From Tubiluchus corallicola (lineage: Eukaryota; Animalia; Priapulida): a stretch of 64,000 nucleotides of DNA. Below are positions 1-15,694 of the stretch, one piece after another. Where the stretch lies: assembly GCA_030141605.1 (NCBI GenBank), contig JAQGDQ010000909.1, positions 17,353 through 81,352 on the forward strand, written 5' to 3'. The notes below the pieces were generated by a model that made no database searches, had not been told where the DNA came from, and saw only the letters and a program-made list of their open reading frames with translations. The translations under genes and the position numbers were made by a program. Every line of letters begins with the position of its first letter. Position 1 is the stretch's first letter.

Positions 1-1138
1 TGTAATTTTACCTGTGAAGTTGTAAATTAGGTTGTGCCTCGCTAAACACGCTTACAGAAGCCTCAGTAAATGTTAAATAATGTTTAGATAAATTTTCAAG
101 TAATTATTTGTAGCGTCTCTACCTGATTTGCAGCAAATCAGTATGACGTTCCAAGGATGTATTAGGTTGTTATAACCGCACGATGTGAGTAATATTTACT
201 TTTATTATCTTAAATTATAATAATTAGATCATTATAAGTTTGTAAGCAGTGAAAGCAGTCAAATTTATTATTTTCAGTTTTTTAAATTTTTCAGAAATAA
301 AGATTTCTGAGTAAACCATATGCTATGAAGGAAATTCTTTTGTGTTCCCATCACAGTATCACCATCCAGTTTGGTTACTTACAATTGCTCCAGTAAGTTA
401 CAGTCCTTCCAGGTCTCCAGCTACTAACACCTTTTTTCCAATAAAAAAATTCTGATAAGTACAGTTCGTCCTTGCTATCGACACATGGTTAACGAGGATG
501 GTTTTAGAGAGCTTCGGTCTTCATTGCTCTCCCACTCTTAACATATTTTCATTAAAATATTCTTTCATAAAGAAGTGGAACCAAACTTGTCATTGATTAG
601 TTCTACTCCAACGAAGATTAATTTCTGCTGGAAAAAGAAACGCTAAAAATGAACAAATGACCTGAACTCCATTTTGTTCTTTTGCTTTTACACAAAATTT
701 GTTAAATTTGGATAAAATGCCAAAATGAAAATCAGAGAACAAAGTCTACGCTGCATATTTGTCAGAATTTGTCACATGTTTATTATGGATATACACGTCA
801 AGGTTTGATGTTGTGTCTGTGGTTTAAATTGTTGAGTTTGACTTGTGTCATTGTGTTCTTGATAAGGTTTTTTGTAGCACCATACGTGTGTGTAATTGTA
901 TCTTTATAATCAATGTGTGCCCTGTGTAATTTGTAATTGTGAATCCCAATAAATATATAAACATAATATATAAATATAATATATAAATATAATATATAAA
1001 CATAAATATACATTTAATATCCTTGTTATCTAACATATCGAGAAGTAAGTTGACAAAATGCCTTACAGCACACAGTTTAATCAAAGTGAGTTAAAGTGAA
1101 AGGTAGAGTAGAAGCATTCACAAATTTTGGCCAAATAC

Positions 1139-4100
1139 CTATAAGGCTACACGTTTGATGAATAAAAAGAAATAAACACATTGTATTTTTGAAGCTTGAC
1201 TAGCAGTAGAATGTACAATGAGATGTCGATTTGCAGGATTCTCGGAATCACAAAACAAAGAGAGTGGCATTTCACCTTTGTCGTGCTGAAAACTTGGTAC
1301 TTTACAATCAAATACTGAAGCAACCCAATATTCTGACTTCAACCATTTCATGCTACAGTTGCAATATAACGGACTATCTGAAAAAAACGCGAAATTAAAA
1401 GCCAAGTAACCAGAGAATGTGCACAATGCTTAATTTGAAAGATTTCAGCATTAGCGTGTGACTTTTTAGCATCTTCTACATCAGCTTAGACAACCAACTT
1501 GAGCCTTAATTATTGTGGTTTTCAGTTCAGACCTCTATAAGCCACTCAGTGTCAAGGCACACTTAACGTGCATGGTTAACAATGTGCTTCCGTAGGCTTC
1601 CGAAAAACCCATCTAACTACTTAAGAGGCACTAGTTCATGGCAGCAGCACTACTGCACCAAAAACCAGGCGCTGATAGTTATTACAAGCAAATACACCCT
1701 CCTTAGAGGAACACAAAAGTTGTATTCAATTATACTGAGTTAAATTAAACGAACATTTATTTACATAGTGCTTTAGTGATTGATTTCTTTCAACATTTTT
1801 AACAGTCAGATTGTAACAATTTTTATTGTATATTTTTCTCTTTTCCTTGCTTAGCAAAATCTTGTATCCAGTAGATTTTTTTGCTACTTGTCCAAAATAA
1901 AATTTCGAAAACCAAACTTACCTTTTAAAAATAATAATATATCTCTAGCATTTCTCCGTTTGTGAAGCATCGGTTTTTGCATGTGTTGAATGTTTGTCTG
2001 TGTAAAGATGATTGATGCAATCTTGTCATTGTTGGAGAGGTCCAGATCTGCACTTACTAGCTGTTTACAATCGATGATGATTATCTGTTTTATGGATTTC
2101 AATTTGTAAAAGGCTTTTGGATGAATTGTTTTCAACTTGTCATTGTGAGACAACGTGACACTTGACATGAAGTAACCATATATATCATTCTCTCCTATGT
2201 CTTCTATATCAGACTGCATGATAGTCAACTCAGCCACATCCTTTCTATCAAGAAATTGTGCAGGTAGCTGCTTCGACTTGTAATTCAAAATTTTCAATGT
2301 CTGCACCCAGCATGACAATGCCTTCCAAATCAAAATTAGTTTTTCCTCGAACAACTGTGCATCGAGCTCTCCGCATACAACATTGCACTCACCAAGTCGA
2401 GACCACGCCTTTGAGTCCCAAGACCTGCATTCTGCCATGGGAACATCGCATGGATAAAATGAGATACTTGTTGGCGTTCCTGGAGATGGTATCAGTGTGC
2501 TTGTTGTTGCATCACATTCTGCAATGTCTTCATTAGAGAGCCACCTTGTTATGCATGCCTCTTTGCAATAAAGCCACCCCCCAACAGGTGGAACAATCCT
2601 GCAGTCGTATTTGTAGCAATATGAGCATTTAACAGTAGACTCTTTCCAGTTTCTACCTCGTGCCCAGAAGAGAGTGCATCCACATGGAATAGAATTGCCT
2701 GAAAAACATGGTAGCGATTTTAAAAGCCTGCTGGGAAAGAATAAAATTCTTCAGATTATTCAGATTATTAGGATTATTCAATAATTTATCTGCCTTTTTC
2801 TGACAAAACAGCGTTGACTTTTAGAGAGCTAACTTTCCCTAAACAAGTACTAACAGCCATTCCTTATATAAACATATTTTATTTTCACAAAAGCCTGATG
2901 AACAGTTCTTAAGAATGAGGAGGCCTTATATAAAGTTGAGACATTTTGCAATCAGATACCAATATTTTAAAACAGTGAGTCAACTGCAGCATAGCTATTC
3001 AAACTTTTACTAATGTTTACTGAATCGTTTAGTTGCTTTTATAAATTCATGTACTATTTGAAAAGTAGTTTTATTCTAGTCAGGATTAATAAGTAAATTT
3101 CTATGTCATAGTGCATCAGTTTTAGGTTTTGCTTTAATTCGTTAATAAATTCATGTACTATTTGAAAAGTACATGAATTTGTGTATTTGTAGTAATGCAA
3201 AGTAATGCATTTGAAGCAAAAGTAATGCTTTTGAATTGTTGCCATCCTGGCAACCATGTTTGTAGAGATCGTAGTTCAAGTTGGAAATTTTTTCACTTAC
3301 CTGCTAATTCTAGCGAAATAAACTGGGATGGAAAATCTCAACCTCAAACGCATGTGATGAATGTTATATGGTAGGGTACAAAGAGAATAAGACTTTGTTT
3401 GGTGTCTTGAAAAAATTGAGATGTTTCTTAGCTGTGTGGAAAAAAGCACTGATGGTAGGAGTTGTTCTTAGATAAGAGGATAAATTGTTCCAGTCGAATG
3501 CGGTTGCAGGAAAGAAAGACGACCGGAAGTCATTGCAGCAAACTTGATATAAAGATAAATTGTCATGGTTTCTCAACAAATATGCAGATATATCTCTAAT
3601 AATTGGGGTCAGTAACTCAAGAAAGAAGGAGAAATGTGATTTACAATTTTATGAATTGTGCTTAATTGAGGAAATATATTAACATGAGTGGGTATTGTCA
3701 CTTTTGCAAACAATGTCAAATGTTGACATGACTATATTTAATCTGTTCCTTTTTTTTCTTATTAAATTTTTGTGGATTGGTGTTGCATTATGGTGGGCAC
3801 TTCGTCGAAACATCAACGTAGGGCCTCTTGAGCCATGAAGGATTTGTGAATTTATGAGCTCTCTTAACCCTCGTGCTTAATTATGCTTTCATGTACGTAG
3901 TCGCAAAGCTAAAAATGTCTATTGATATTATTTTTATCACAACAATTTTTTTCTGTAAATTTAAAATCCAATGTTGCTTAATAAACATGACTGAAATTAC
4001 TTCATTCTGCAACTCAATTTTTACTCAAGTTTTGACTGCTTCATCCCAAAATTGATCTTGTTTTATCTGTTTGGACTCCCGTTATCGTAAACGCTTCTTA

Positions 4101-7100
4101 CACCAGCTAGCTCTCTTCAAAATCTTTCACTTACCTGCTAATTCTAGGGAAATTAACTGGGATGGCCTCGACGGGTGCAGCTTTGGCATATCCAGGTGTT
4201 CCAGTCCTGTTTTTCTTATGTCAATCATACTTATCATTAAATTGTTTGATAAATCTAGATTTGCTGTTTTTAGATTTGGACAAGTGTAGATTATGATTCG
4301 TTTGACGGTATTTATTCGTTCAAATGCCTTGGGAAAAATTTTTGTTAACTTTCGGAGACGTTTCAACTTTATTGCTTCATTAAGGGTGCCATAAATTGAT
4401 GCATCGTTAAGTAGTTCAATTTCGGAATCCACAATTTCAAGTTCATCAACGTTCTTTGAATTCAAGAAATTTCTAGGCAGTTCCTTGCCTTGGTAGTTAG
4501 CAATAATTAAGTGTCGTGTCCAGTAAGGCAGTGAACTTAATATCAGTGTCAGATCAGCTGCATAGATTTTTCTATTATAACCACAAGTAACCAAACAACC
4601 TCCCCGTTCATCAAGGAATGCCTCGATAATACAATGGGGAAGTTCGACTCCACAGTCTGCCTTCATGCATCCAATAAATTCTCCAATTTGTATTTCGTTT
4701 ATCGTATGCTTTCTCGGTGGTGTCTCACAGTCAATTTGTGAATCTCTCCAGTTTCTGGATTTTGTCCACTCCATGCTGCAATTACAGTACAGTCGATTGT
4801 CTGAAAGTATAAAAACATGGATTGCAACATTGTAGTGTGGGTACAGTGCGTATTGTACAACAATTGTATAAATTTTGCGGCAAGGTATATGACCTCAGCC
4901 AAGGGTGATGTACTGCATGTTACCTCTTCACTAAAATGCAAACTTCAACTCTTGAATTCTGTCAGCTTAAGCACATCCTTCTGACTGGTCAATTCTAACA
5001 ATTGTCACTTCTGATTGGTTGGGTCAGCACTTTGCCAACCACACTTAATCGAGGAGGTTAAAAAAGCCCCTATGATCTGCTGTACTTTGACACGTTGAGT
5101 GAACAGCCATAATTTTGAAATGGTCTACTGCAAAGCCTGTAGTCTGTACAGTCCATGAAATGACATAAAAATGTACCGTTACATTAATTCAGCATGGTAA
5201 AGCCTAAAGCATTTTCTTTTTTTTATTGGCACTTCTTTCGAGCTGCTTTTGCATAGAATTCTGTTTAGTATAATGTACACAAATATTGTTCAACAATGTT
5301 ATTCATTCAATAATTTTATACTAGATAATGATACAGCAGTTATAGACTGCCTGGTCACCCATTCTCCATTCCTTGTCCAGGGGGAGGAATCACTGGAGAG
5401 CAGGAATGGGGTGATGTGCAGTAGCAACTGTAGAAAAACATCTTTGCTGTGACAACAGTTATAATTTACTATAAAGGAAAAATAAGTAAACACTAGTGTG
5501 TATTTCAATTTTGGTGAAACGACATTTTATTCCAGATAAAAAAGAACTCTTTGTTTACTGGGAATTCAAATATAATGCAATAAGAGTAAATTCTTTGTAC
5601 TAACTTTACTAACCTAGTCTGCTTGCCTAGTAACACTTTGCCCTGTAATACTTACTCGTAAGAGATAGGATAACATCTTCTGGCATCGTCTGACTATGCA
5701 TGACAGGCATATCCATGCGCTGTAGTCCAGTTTCCGATATTACAATATTAGTAATCCTGTGATTATAGGATAAGTCCAAGTTTAGAGTAGTCAGCTTTTT
5801 GCAACCGATTATGTGAATACTTTTAACATATGCCATACTGCTAAATGCTTTTGAGTTGATATAAGTTAGGTTGTCATTGTTTATTAACCATATAGAAGAT
5901 GTAACATTGGCATGTAGAAACGAGGCTCTCAGGCGTTCCATACTTAACTGGTGTATCTGTAGCACACTAAGTGACTTTTTTTCAAAGAACGGTCTCGGAA
6001 AGTGGATTTCTACGTAATTCCACAACTCAAAATGTTCCACATAAGCGGGCAAACCAGCACTTATCATCTGCAAATTGTATAAATAAAGCCAGGAAAATTT
6101 ACCACACACTATCCTGCATGGATTTCTGTTGACAATTACACAGATGATTGGTGGTATTTCATCACCACACAAATTTGGCAATTGTGGAGCAGGTGTTGGC
6201 GGTGGATACTTTGTGGTAGGTCCTGTTGGAATGCCATAACACAGGTAGTCAAAATCTTCCAGCCTCATGTGAGATGTTGATGGTTCTTTACATTGTATAG
6301 TGGAACGTTTCCAGTTCAGTTCCTTTGTCCATCGCATGGTGCAATTACATATGAGTTGATTTTCTAAAATGACAAATATAATAATCACAGTGAGGATATT
6401 TCAGCTTGTGTTCGTTATTATTGTTAAAATTGGCTTTGGAATAAAGATTATTATAGTCTTTACTTTATTATAATTTTTTTTGTGTCCACCATCGTCACCG
6501 TCACAAAGACATCATCATCAACATCAACGTAACCATCATCATCATTAACATCATCATCAACATCAACGTGTTTATTATCGTCATCAACATCAACGTGTTT
6601 ATTATCGTCATCATCTTCGTTGTTGTTTTCGTTATTATTACCATCATTTTCATTGTCATCTGTATGACCACTGGTGAACAAGGTTTCAGCAAACGTGGCT
6701 TCTGTCTTGTGTGCAGGAGATACCTGGTTCAAATTCGCCTTGAGCCCGAATTTTCCACAGTAACCTTTTTTCGAGTTCTGCTTCAAATTTTACTAATCGC
6801 GGTTTATACCACATTATTAATAATCTTGACATTACAATTATAATGAATTAAACAAAAAGGCATATGAAATTCTGAATTTGTGGTGGTGCACCCTTTCGTT
6901 CAGAAGTACTTTCTTTTCTTAAACATTAGTTAATATTAGCAACGCAGTTGTAACGTAACATACCTAAAAATTGCAGGGTTAACTTCCCAGGTGACATATT
7001 TGGATGGAAGCGTGGTATTGCTAAAAGATCCGTGGCCGTTTTGGCTATTGTTAGCCATGAAAGTTTAGGATTTCCTGAAAAATCCAGACTTTGTATATCC

Positions 7101-7591
7101 AAATATCTGGAGTACGTAATAATTAATCTTGTGAGATTCTCCATTTTGGCAAAAGCTCTGGGATGCAGAGTTCTCAGTTTATTGTTAAAGTGTATATACA
7201 ATGTTCTGACATCTCCATGGAAAGCATTTTCATCAATGGTTTCGAGTTTTGGTGAATATTGAAATTGCAGCTTGGACACACGTTTTCCATGAAGAAATCG
7301 AGCAGGCAGCTTACTGCTCTGATAGGCACATATTGTTAATCTGTATAAGTCATTTTGCTGCTGTTGGAGTACGTAATTGAGCACTGCTGCATTCAGTGAT
7401 ACGTTTTCACCACACCAAACCTGGCAAAGCTTACCACTTGTGCTGTTGCTAGTCACGTGCGTTTCAAATGAACAGTTACTGTGGCATTTTATTTTCCACT
7501 GAGGTCCACAAGGAAGCTTTCTGATTTTGGAGTCTGTGTACACAGTTGGGACCACTATGCAAAATGATATCATTGCAAGATAGCTGAGCAT
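1139..7591 (-). CDS. Gene A' (left-arm copy): 5-exon, 4-module cysteine-capped LRR protein, ~1005 aa, signal peptide, GPI-signal-like C-terminus
   Basis: Exons 7591-6964, 6363-5656, 4800-4135, 2698-1922, 1377-1139. All introns GT-AG, phase 1; 3018 nt spliced, frame intact. N-terminus MLSYLAMISFCIVVPTVYT. LRR strands such as LRTLHPRAFAKMENLTRLII. Each later exon opens with an LRRCT-like NxLxCxCxxxW motif. Confidence 0.85.
3332..4124. mobile_element. Intronic insertion in gene A' intron 3 containing a non-LTR retrotransposon ORF2 C-terminal fragment
   Basis: Absent from the homologous intron of gene B'. Flanked by a 41-bp duplication (3291-3331 and 4125-4165). ORF 3364-3579 has FRSSFFPATAFDWNNL, resembling the SFFPxTxxxWNxL motif at LINE ORF2 C-termini. 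Confidence 0.55.
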
Positions 7592-9293
7592 GTCACACAA
7601 AATGTCATTAATGTGCAATAAATAAAAACCATATACAATTGACAATGTAGGCAAATCGTTTTCAATACGCTGAATTTGAGATCTACATTGAGCTGGTTTC
7701 AAAGTAAATTTTTGTCGAATTTTATTCGAACACAACAGAAAAAGAAGCAGCAAAATTCATTGTTTCGGAGACAATGGAAAAATCCTTCTGTTGGAATAAG
7801 TAGCCGACCTTGAATGATTTCTTAGTAATTGATAATTACGCACAAGTTGTTTTCTTAAACAATGCAGTTTTAGTGAATCCACATTGTTTACAATTCCTTA
7901 GCACTAACTAATAATACCAAGAAAAAATTGGAACAACATAATCCCAGAGTCATAAAAATAACATCATTCGTCACACATGGGCGTATGAGGAAAGAACAAA
8001 CTAATAGAATATACATTCAACATTGCAAACAATGAAAACTTTTGCAACCATTGTCACTCCTCATCGCAAACTAGAACAAAGAAAAATATCGACATGGTTA
8101 TATTGAGTAGAGGACAAGATACAGCTCAAAACGTTGCCTTAATAAAAAAAAATGAAGAACCAATGGCAGGTTTTTTTGCTTACTTATTTAATTAATTTGA
8201 TCAATTTGTCAAGAGAGCCATATTGTTTTACGGCAGCATATTTTCATCTAATTTTGATTAGTACACCATGTGATGTTTCGTGCAGCCTAACAGAATATTT
8301 TACACCACATTTTATATATCTAATGAAAAATGAAACAAAAATATTGCTATTGTTCAACTTTGGCTAACTTCACAACAATTTTTTATAAAATTTGAAAGTA
8401 CTTTTTAAGAATGTAACAATGGTGCCGATAACGCATAAAACTCCAAAATTGAAAATAAAAAGCGATTTGCCAAGAATCTATATCGCGTTGATAAGAACGG
8501 AACAGGTGCTGAGATATTAAAAACACATTAAGAACACAACGGTTCACCGACTGAAACCACAAGGCCATTCTATACCAGCTATTTGTAGTTGCTAAGCATT
8601 ATTATGTGCAATTACCTCGTAATGGATCGAACCAACACAATGTGGGGGTGGGGTGAAAATAAATGACATTTCGACATCATATGATCAATTTTGTAAAGTG
8701 ATAGCAATTCTTAGTTATTACTATTTAATGTATAGCAAGCTTTCAAATCGCCATTTTTGTATGTATGAAGTATCATACCAATGATGTGTTGTCTTTTTGT
8801 CAAATAAAGTCAAATCTTCAAATCATTTGCACGAAAATTAACCATTTACATCCCAGCATTGCTTTCTCTAGTGGATGTTGGTTTACATTGCAAAAACAAT
8901 TTGGTTAATGACAATATCTCCAATAAGTTTCCGACCGTCCTGCCCTCCTCACCAACATAATTTCTCATTAAAAAATCCTGACAAGAACAAATTCCACCTC
9001 CTTGTTGAAATGGTTACTAAGGATGATTCCTGATCACGTAGATCCTTCCTAAGATAATTTTTTTTCAATAAAAAACATATTATAGCGAGCTGAAATGTTA
9101 AAGCTATAATCAAACTTGTTATTGAGTATTGTTACCATATGGGGATCAACTTCTGCTAGAGAGAAAAATATTTCAGAAAGTGAACAATGAAATTATATAC
9201 AAACAACTACGCTCTATTTGACCTTACGTTTTTATCACGAAGCCATAAAACTAAAAGCAAAACTAGAAGCATCCACAAACGCTGTCCATGTTC

Positions 9294-12200
9294 CTAATGG
9301 TCTACACTCGAAAGAAAAACTTTAAATAAGCAGAAGCAAACAAATTGTATTTTTGAAGCTTCAACAGCAGCAGAGTGAGAAACGATATAATGATTTGCAG
9401 GATTCTCAGGATCACAGAACAATGACAATGGCATTTCTTCTTTGTCGTGCTGGTATCGTGGGCTTGCACAATCGAACAGTGAAGCAATCCACCATTCCGA
9501 CTTCAGCCATTCCATGCTACAGTTGCAGTGCAAGGGGCTGGCTGAAAAAAGTGAAAAAGTCGTGTAGGTAACTTCTCATTGCTGAAAACGTGCACAATTT
9601 GCAAGATTTCAGAATTGCCATCTGACTGTTAGTCAATTTCAAAGCAGACTGAGATTTAGCTGTTGTGTTTTTAAATACAGTTCATGTTGTGTTTTGTTTC
9701 TCCCGGAAGGCTCGTAGAGAAAACCAAAAAACACTTCATCAAATTAAACTAGCTTATTAAGCGAGAATTCTACAACACAAAAGTATGAAGGAACGCGAAA
9801 TGATTACAGTAAACGTGAAAATCCGGAAAACGTTTAAGTGTATCTGAAAATACAAGTATACAAGAGAATGTGTAAATGGCGTCCGTGTGAATCTGCGTGT
9901 CTCCCCCTCAGCGGCCTGCTTCGCCTTATATAGCGTGCCTGAGAAACTTCTAGAAGTTATTTCCAGAACATTCTACAATGTTCTATGTAATTCTAATAGA
10001 TGCCAGCGATCGCCACAACAGTTTATCACTCTGCTAACTGAATTCACCACTCAGTGGCAGGCTCTACTGAATGTGTACTGCTTTAATACCGTTCTGTTAA
10101 GCGCAGTACTATGCAGTGTACTAACAGTCAGTGGTGTTAAACACAAACAAGTTCATGTTCATCACAATGTTCCGTAGAATCTCATACTTATACCTTTTTA
10201 TTATTGAACAAACCTCATATTAATGAATTGGTACATTAAGTTGTTTCATCAATTTTTACTGACTATTTTCATCCCTTCTTTATATAGCATAACATCATAT
10301 CAAACAGGCATTTTTTCTGATTGTCCATGCTAAAATTTTGAAAAAGCAAACATACCTTTTAATTGTAGTAATATATCTGTGGGATTTCTTTGTTTGTGAA
10401 GTATTGGTTTTTGCATGTATTGAATGCTTGTCCGTATGAAGATGATTGATGCAATCTTATAGTTGTTGGACAGGTCCAGGTCTGCATTTACTAGCTGTTT
10501 ACAATCAATGATGATTATCTGTTTTACTTTATAAACCTTGTAAAAGGCTTTTGAGTGAATTGCCTTTAACTTGTCATTATGAGAAATCGTTATGCTTGAT
10601 TCGATATGACCATACATTGCATTTGCTCCTAATTCTTCTAAATCAGACTGCATGATAGTCAACTCAGCCACGTATTTTTTATCAAGAAATTTTGCAGGCA
10701 GCTGCTTAGACTTGTAATTCAAAATGTTCAGCGTCTCCATCTCGCATGGCAACACCTTCCAAATCAAAGTTAGTTTTTCCTCGAACAGCTTTGCATCGAG
10801 CTCACCACATACAACATTGCATTCACCAAGTGCAGACCACGCCTTTGAGTCCCAAGACCTGCATTCTGCCATGGGAACATCACATGGATAAAAGGAGACA
10901 CTTGTTGGCGTTACTGAAGGTGGTATCAGTGTGCTTGTAGTTGGTTCACATTGTGAAATGTCTTCATTAGAGAGCCACCTAGTTATGCATGCCTCTTTGC
11001 AATAAAGCCACCCTCCAACAGGTGGAATATACCTGCAGTCGTATTTGTAGCAATATAAGCATTTAACAGTAAAATCTTTCCAGTTTCTACCTCGTGCCCA
11101 GAAGAGAGAGCATCCACATGGAATAGAATTGCCTGAAAAACATGGTAGCGATTTTAAAAGCCTGCTGGGAAAAAATAAAAGTTCTTCAGATTATTCAGAT
11201 TATTAGGATCATCCAATAATTTATCTGCCTTTTTTGATAAAACAGCATTGACTTTTAGAGCGCTAACTTCCTAAGTACTAACAGCCATTCCTTATATAAA
11301 CATTTTTTATTTTCATAAAAGCCTGATGAACAGTTCTTAAGAATGAGAAGGCCTTATATAAAGTTGAGACATTTTGCAATCAGATACCAATATTTTAAAA
11401 GTGAGTTAACTGCAGTATAGCTATTCAAATTTTTACTAATGTTTGCTGAATCGTTTAGTTGCTTTTATAAATTCATGTACTATTTGAAAAGTAGTTTTAT
11501 TCTAATCAGGATTAATAAGTAAATTTCTATGTAATAGCGTATCAATTTTAGGTTTTGCTTTAATTCGTTAATGCATTTGAATTGATGCCATCCTGGCAAC
11601 CATGTTTGTAGAGATCGTAGCTCAAGTTGGAAATTCTTTCACTTACCTGCTAATTCTAGGGAAATTAACTGGGATGGCCTCGACGGGTGCAGCTTTGGCA
11701 TATCCAGGTGCTCCAGTCCTGTTTTTCTGATGTCAATCATACTTATCATCAAATTGTTTGATAAATCTAGATTTGCTGTTTTTAGATTTGGACAAGTGTG
11801 GATTATGATTCGTTTGACGGTATTTATTCGTTCAAATGCCTTGGGAAAAATTGTTGTTAATTTTCGGAGACGTTTCAACTTTATTGCTTCATTAAGGGTG
11901 CCATAAATTGATGCATCGTTAAGTTGCTCAATTTCGGAATCCACAATTTCAAGTTCATCAACGTTCTTTGAATTCAAGAAATTTCTAGGCAGTTCCTTGC
12001 CTTGGTAATTAGCAATACAAAAGCGTCGTGTCCAGTAAGGCAGTGAACTTAATATCAGTGTCAGATCAGCTGCATAGATTTTTTCGTAATAACCACAAGC
12101 AACAAAACATCCTCCTCGTTCATCCAGGAATTCCACTACAATACATCGGTGAAGTTCGATTCCACAGTCTGCCTTCATGCATCCAATAAATTCTCCAATT

Positions 12201-15200
12201 TGTATTTCGTTTATCGTATGCTTTCTCGGTGGTGTTTCACAGTCAATTTGTGAATCTCTCCAATTTCTGGTTTTTGTCCACTCCATGCTGCAATTACAGT
12301 ACAGTGGATTGTCTGAAAGTGGAAGACTATGGATTAGAATACGTATTGTAATGTGGGCATTTTGCCTATTGCACAATGATTAACTAATTTTTCCTGTAAT
12401 GTATATAGGCCCAGCCAAGTGTAAGGTATTGCATCTCACATTTGAAATTAAAATGCAACTTCCTACATGTGAATTCTGTCAGGTTCAATGCTTATTTCTG
12501 ATTGGTCGTTTCTAATATTTTGCACTTCTTCGCCAATCAGCACTCCACCAAACACATTTAGAAGGATAAATAATTGCTGTGACCTACTGTATCTTGGAAT
12601 ATGCAGAGAATAGCCATGTTTGTGAAATTGTCTGCAAGGCAATTGCATTCTGTCCAGTCCGCAAAATATAATGAAAAGGTGCCATTACATTGGCTTAAAA
12701 TGGCAAAGACCGGTCATATTTTCTTCATTTGACATGACATTTCTGTAGAGCTCCTTTTAAGGTAAAGTTTTGTAGAGAATGTTGTGTACTAATATAATAT
12801 TCATCAACAAAGTTAGGCACTTCTGTCAAATGTCACTCAATAGAGAAAAACATCTACAGACTGCCGTGTGAAATACCATCAGTTGACAGCCAGAATTTTA
12901 AATCGTTTTCTGATTTCCTTCATTTCCCCTTTTTGCTAGGAGTTCCAACTATTAAATATTAGATAGAAAATCGACTTGAAAATTAGGAAAAACGTTACGA
13001 GCATGTGACATAAAGCGTTGTAAATGAATATCTATCAGATGCAGTGTTCTTGTCAAGCTAGTTCAGTGTTGACTGAGTCCACTATTAAAAATGATATCTG
13101 GTTTTGCAGACATACATAGCAAAAATAATCAACACAATCATTGTACGTAAAGTGCATAAAGCAAGAATCAAGCACACAACAGCTGGTCTGGTTAGCTAAA
13201 AGGATTGTGCTGCAACCAAGATAATACTCTACGATAAGGTGCATAAAAGTTATTTCAACCACCTTGGATTGCATTCGCAGTGTAATACCTGGAGCAATGT
13301 GGCATGAAACTGAACGGATGTAATTCTTTTCGATGGTTTACGTGTTCATTCTACTTGGGACAGAAAATCTGAAACCGGTCATTTGGGTGCTGGAAAATTA
13401 GCCACGACTTTTTGTGCACGTTTAGGACGACAGTTCGGACGAGTTAGTAAATTAAAAAGTCGCTAAATATTCAATTAAGAAAAAAATAAGTACAACATTA
13501 AATTTTGTTGATATCCAAATGACTCGTGAACAAGTGGCGCTGTCTCCAAGTGTGTTTTGCCCAAGTGCTTTGATCCCAAATGTCTGGAGCTCACGTGACT
13601 GTGCCCAAATGTTACGTACTCGCCCCACTTACTAGGCCCACGTTTGTTTATCTTTGATCGCCAAAGTTACCACCTATTGTGTTTGTCACGAAGATGTCAT
13701 ACAAATCTACGAGAGCAATTTTTCACACTAGATCAACAATTTTCTTTTGCATAAAAGTACTTACTTGTAAGAGACAAGATCATCTTTTCTGGCAAAGTTT
13801 GACTATGCAAGACGGGCATGTCCATGCGCTGTAGTCCAGTTTCCGATATTACAATATTTGTAAGCCTGTGATTATAGGATAAGTTCAAGTTTAGAGTAGT
13901 CAGCTTTTTGCAACCGATTATGTGAATACTTCTAACATATTCCATACTGCTAAATGCTTTTGGGTTGATATAAGTTAGATTGTCATTGTTTATTAACCAT
14001 ATAGAAGATGTAACATTGGCATGTAGAAACGAGGCTCTCAGGCGTTCCATACTTAACTGGTGTACCTGTAGCACACTAAATGACTTTTTTTCGAAGAACG
14101 GTCTCGGAAAGTGGATTTCTACGTAATTCCACAACTCAAAATGTTCCACATAAGCGGGCAAACCATCCCTTATCATCAGTACATTGTATAAATAAAGCCA
14201 GGAAAATTTACCACACACTATCCTGCATGGATTTCTGTTGACAATTACACAGATGATTGGTGGTATTTCATCACCACACAAATTTGGCAATTGTGGAGCA
14301 GGCGTTGATGGTGGATACATTGTGGTAGGTCCTGTTGGAATGCCGTAACACAGGTAGTCAAAATCTTCCAGCCTCATGCGAGATGTTGATGGTTCTTTAC
14401 ATTGTATAGTGGAACGTTTCCAGTTCAGTTCCTTTGTCCATCGCATGGAGCAATTACAGATCAGTTTATTATCTAAAAAGACAAATGAATGTTTCAGTTA
14501 CAAGGTAGTTCTTTAGGCTTATATTTACCATTAAAATGAAGACTGATTTTAAGTAAAGAGCATTGTTATTGTTATTGTGTTACCAGCCTTCCTTCTTGTC
14601 TTCATTGTCGCCATAATCCTCCTCGTAATCATCATCTTCTTCATCATTGTTATCATCATTATCATTATCATCATCGTAATGATCGGCATCACCATCATCA
14701 TCTTTGCCATCTTCATCACCACATTTGTCATTATCGTCATCATCGTCGTCATTGCATCATTGTCATCATCATCACTTTCCTCGTCTTCAACAATCCTCCT
14801 CTTTCTCCTTTTCAAATTCTTCGCGAGATGGCCGATTATTCATATTCCAACTTTTCCCTTTTTCCAAGTTCTGTTTCAATTTTACTGATGCCACCAGTAA
14901 TAACAATCTTCAGATTAGGATTACAAGTAAGTAACCTAAAAAGCATATTATATTTTGAAACATAAGTGGTGCCCCCTTTTGTTCAATAGTATTTTCTTAA
15001 ATTGTTTATTGAGCATTTTCTTTCAAAAATTAATTAATGTTGTTAATTCACTGACAAAAAACTTACCTAAGAAATGCAGGGATGCTTTCCCAGGTGACAT
15101 GTTTGGATGGAATTTTGGTTTTGCTAAAAAATCTGTAGCCGTTTTCGCTATAGTTAGCATCAAAAGCTTGGGATTTTCAGAAAAGTCCAGACGTTGTATA

Positions 15201-15694
15201 TCCAAATACTTTGAGTAGGTAATATGTAAAGTTGAGAGATTCGTCAACTTGGCAAAAGCTCTAGGATGCAAGGATTTCAATTTGTAATTATAGTGTATGT
15301 ACAAAGTTCTAACATCTCCAAGGAAAGCATTTTCTCCAATTGTTTCAAGTTTGGGAGAAAATTGAAACAGCAGTTCAGTCACTTGTTTTCCTTCAAGAAA
15401 TCGTACAGGTAGCTCAGAGTTCTGATAGGTACATATTAGCAGCTCGTATACATCAGTTTGCTCTTGCTGTATTATATTGTTGAGTACTGTTATATTCAAT
15501 GACACATTTTGTCCACACCAAACGTGGCAAAGTATACCACTCGTGTTGTATCTCGTCACGTGTATTTCGAAAGAACAGTTACTGTTGCACTTTACTTTCC
15601 ACTGAGGGCCACATGGAAGCTTTGTGATGTTAGAGATTGAGCATGCGCACGGAACCGCTATGCAAAGTGATATCATCACTAGATATCTGAACAT
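9294..15694 (-). CDS. Gene B' (left-arm copy): 5-exon, 4-module cysteine-capped LRR protein, ~1008 aa
   Basis: Exons 15694-15067, 14472-13765, 12312-11647, 11132-10356, 9541-9294. GT-AG phase-1 introns; 3027 nt spliced. Signal-peptide-like MFRYLVMISLCIAVPCACS; hydrophobic tail SAAVEASKIQFVCFCLFKVFLSSVDH. Confidence 0.85.
9685..10149 (-). mobile_element. Solo LTR in intron 4 of gene B'
   Basis: 465 bp, TGT...ACA termini, flanked by the 6-bp direct repeat AGTTCA (9679-9684, 10150-10155); internal TATA box and heat-shock-element motifs. Confidence 0.7.
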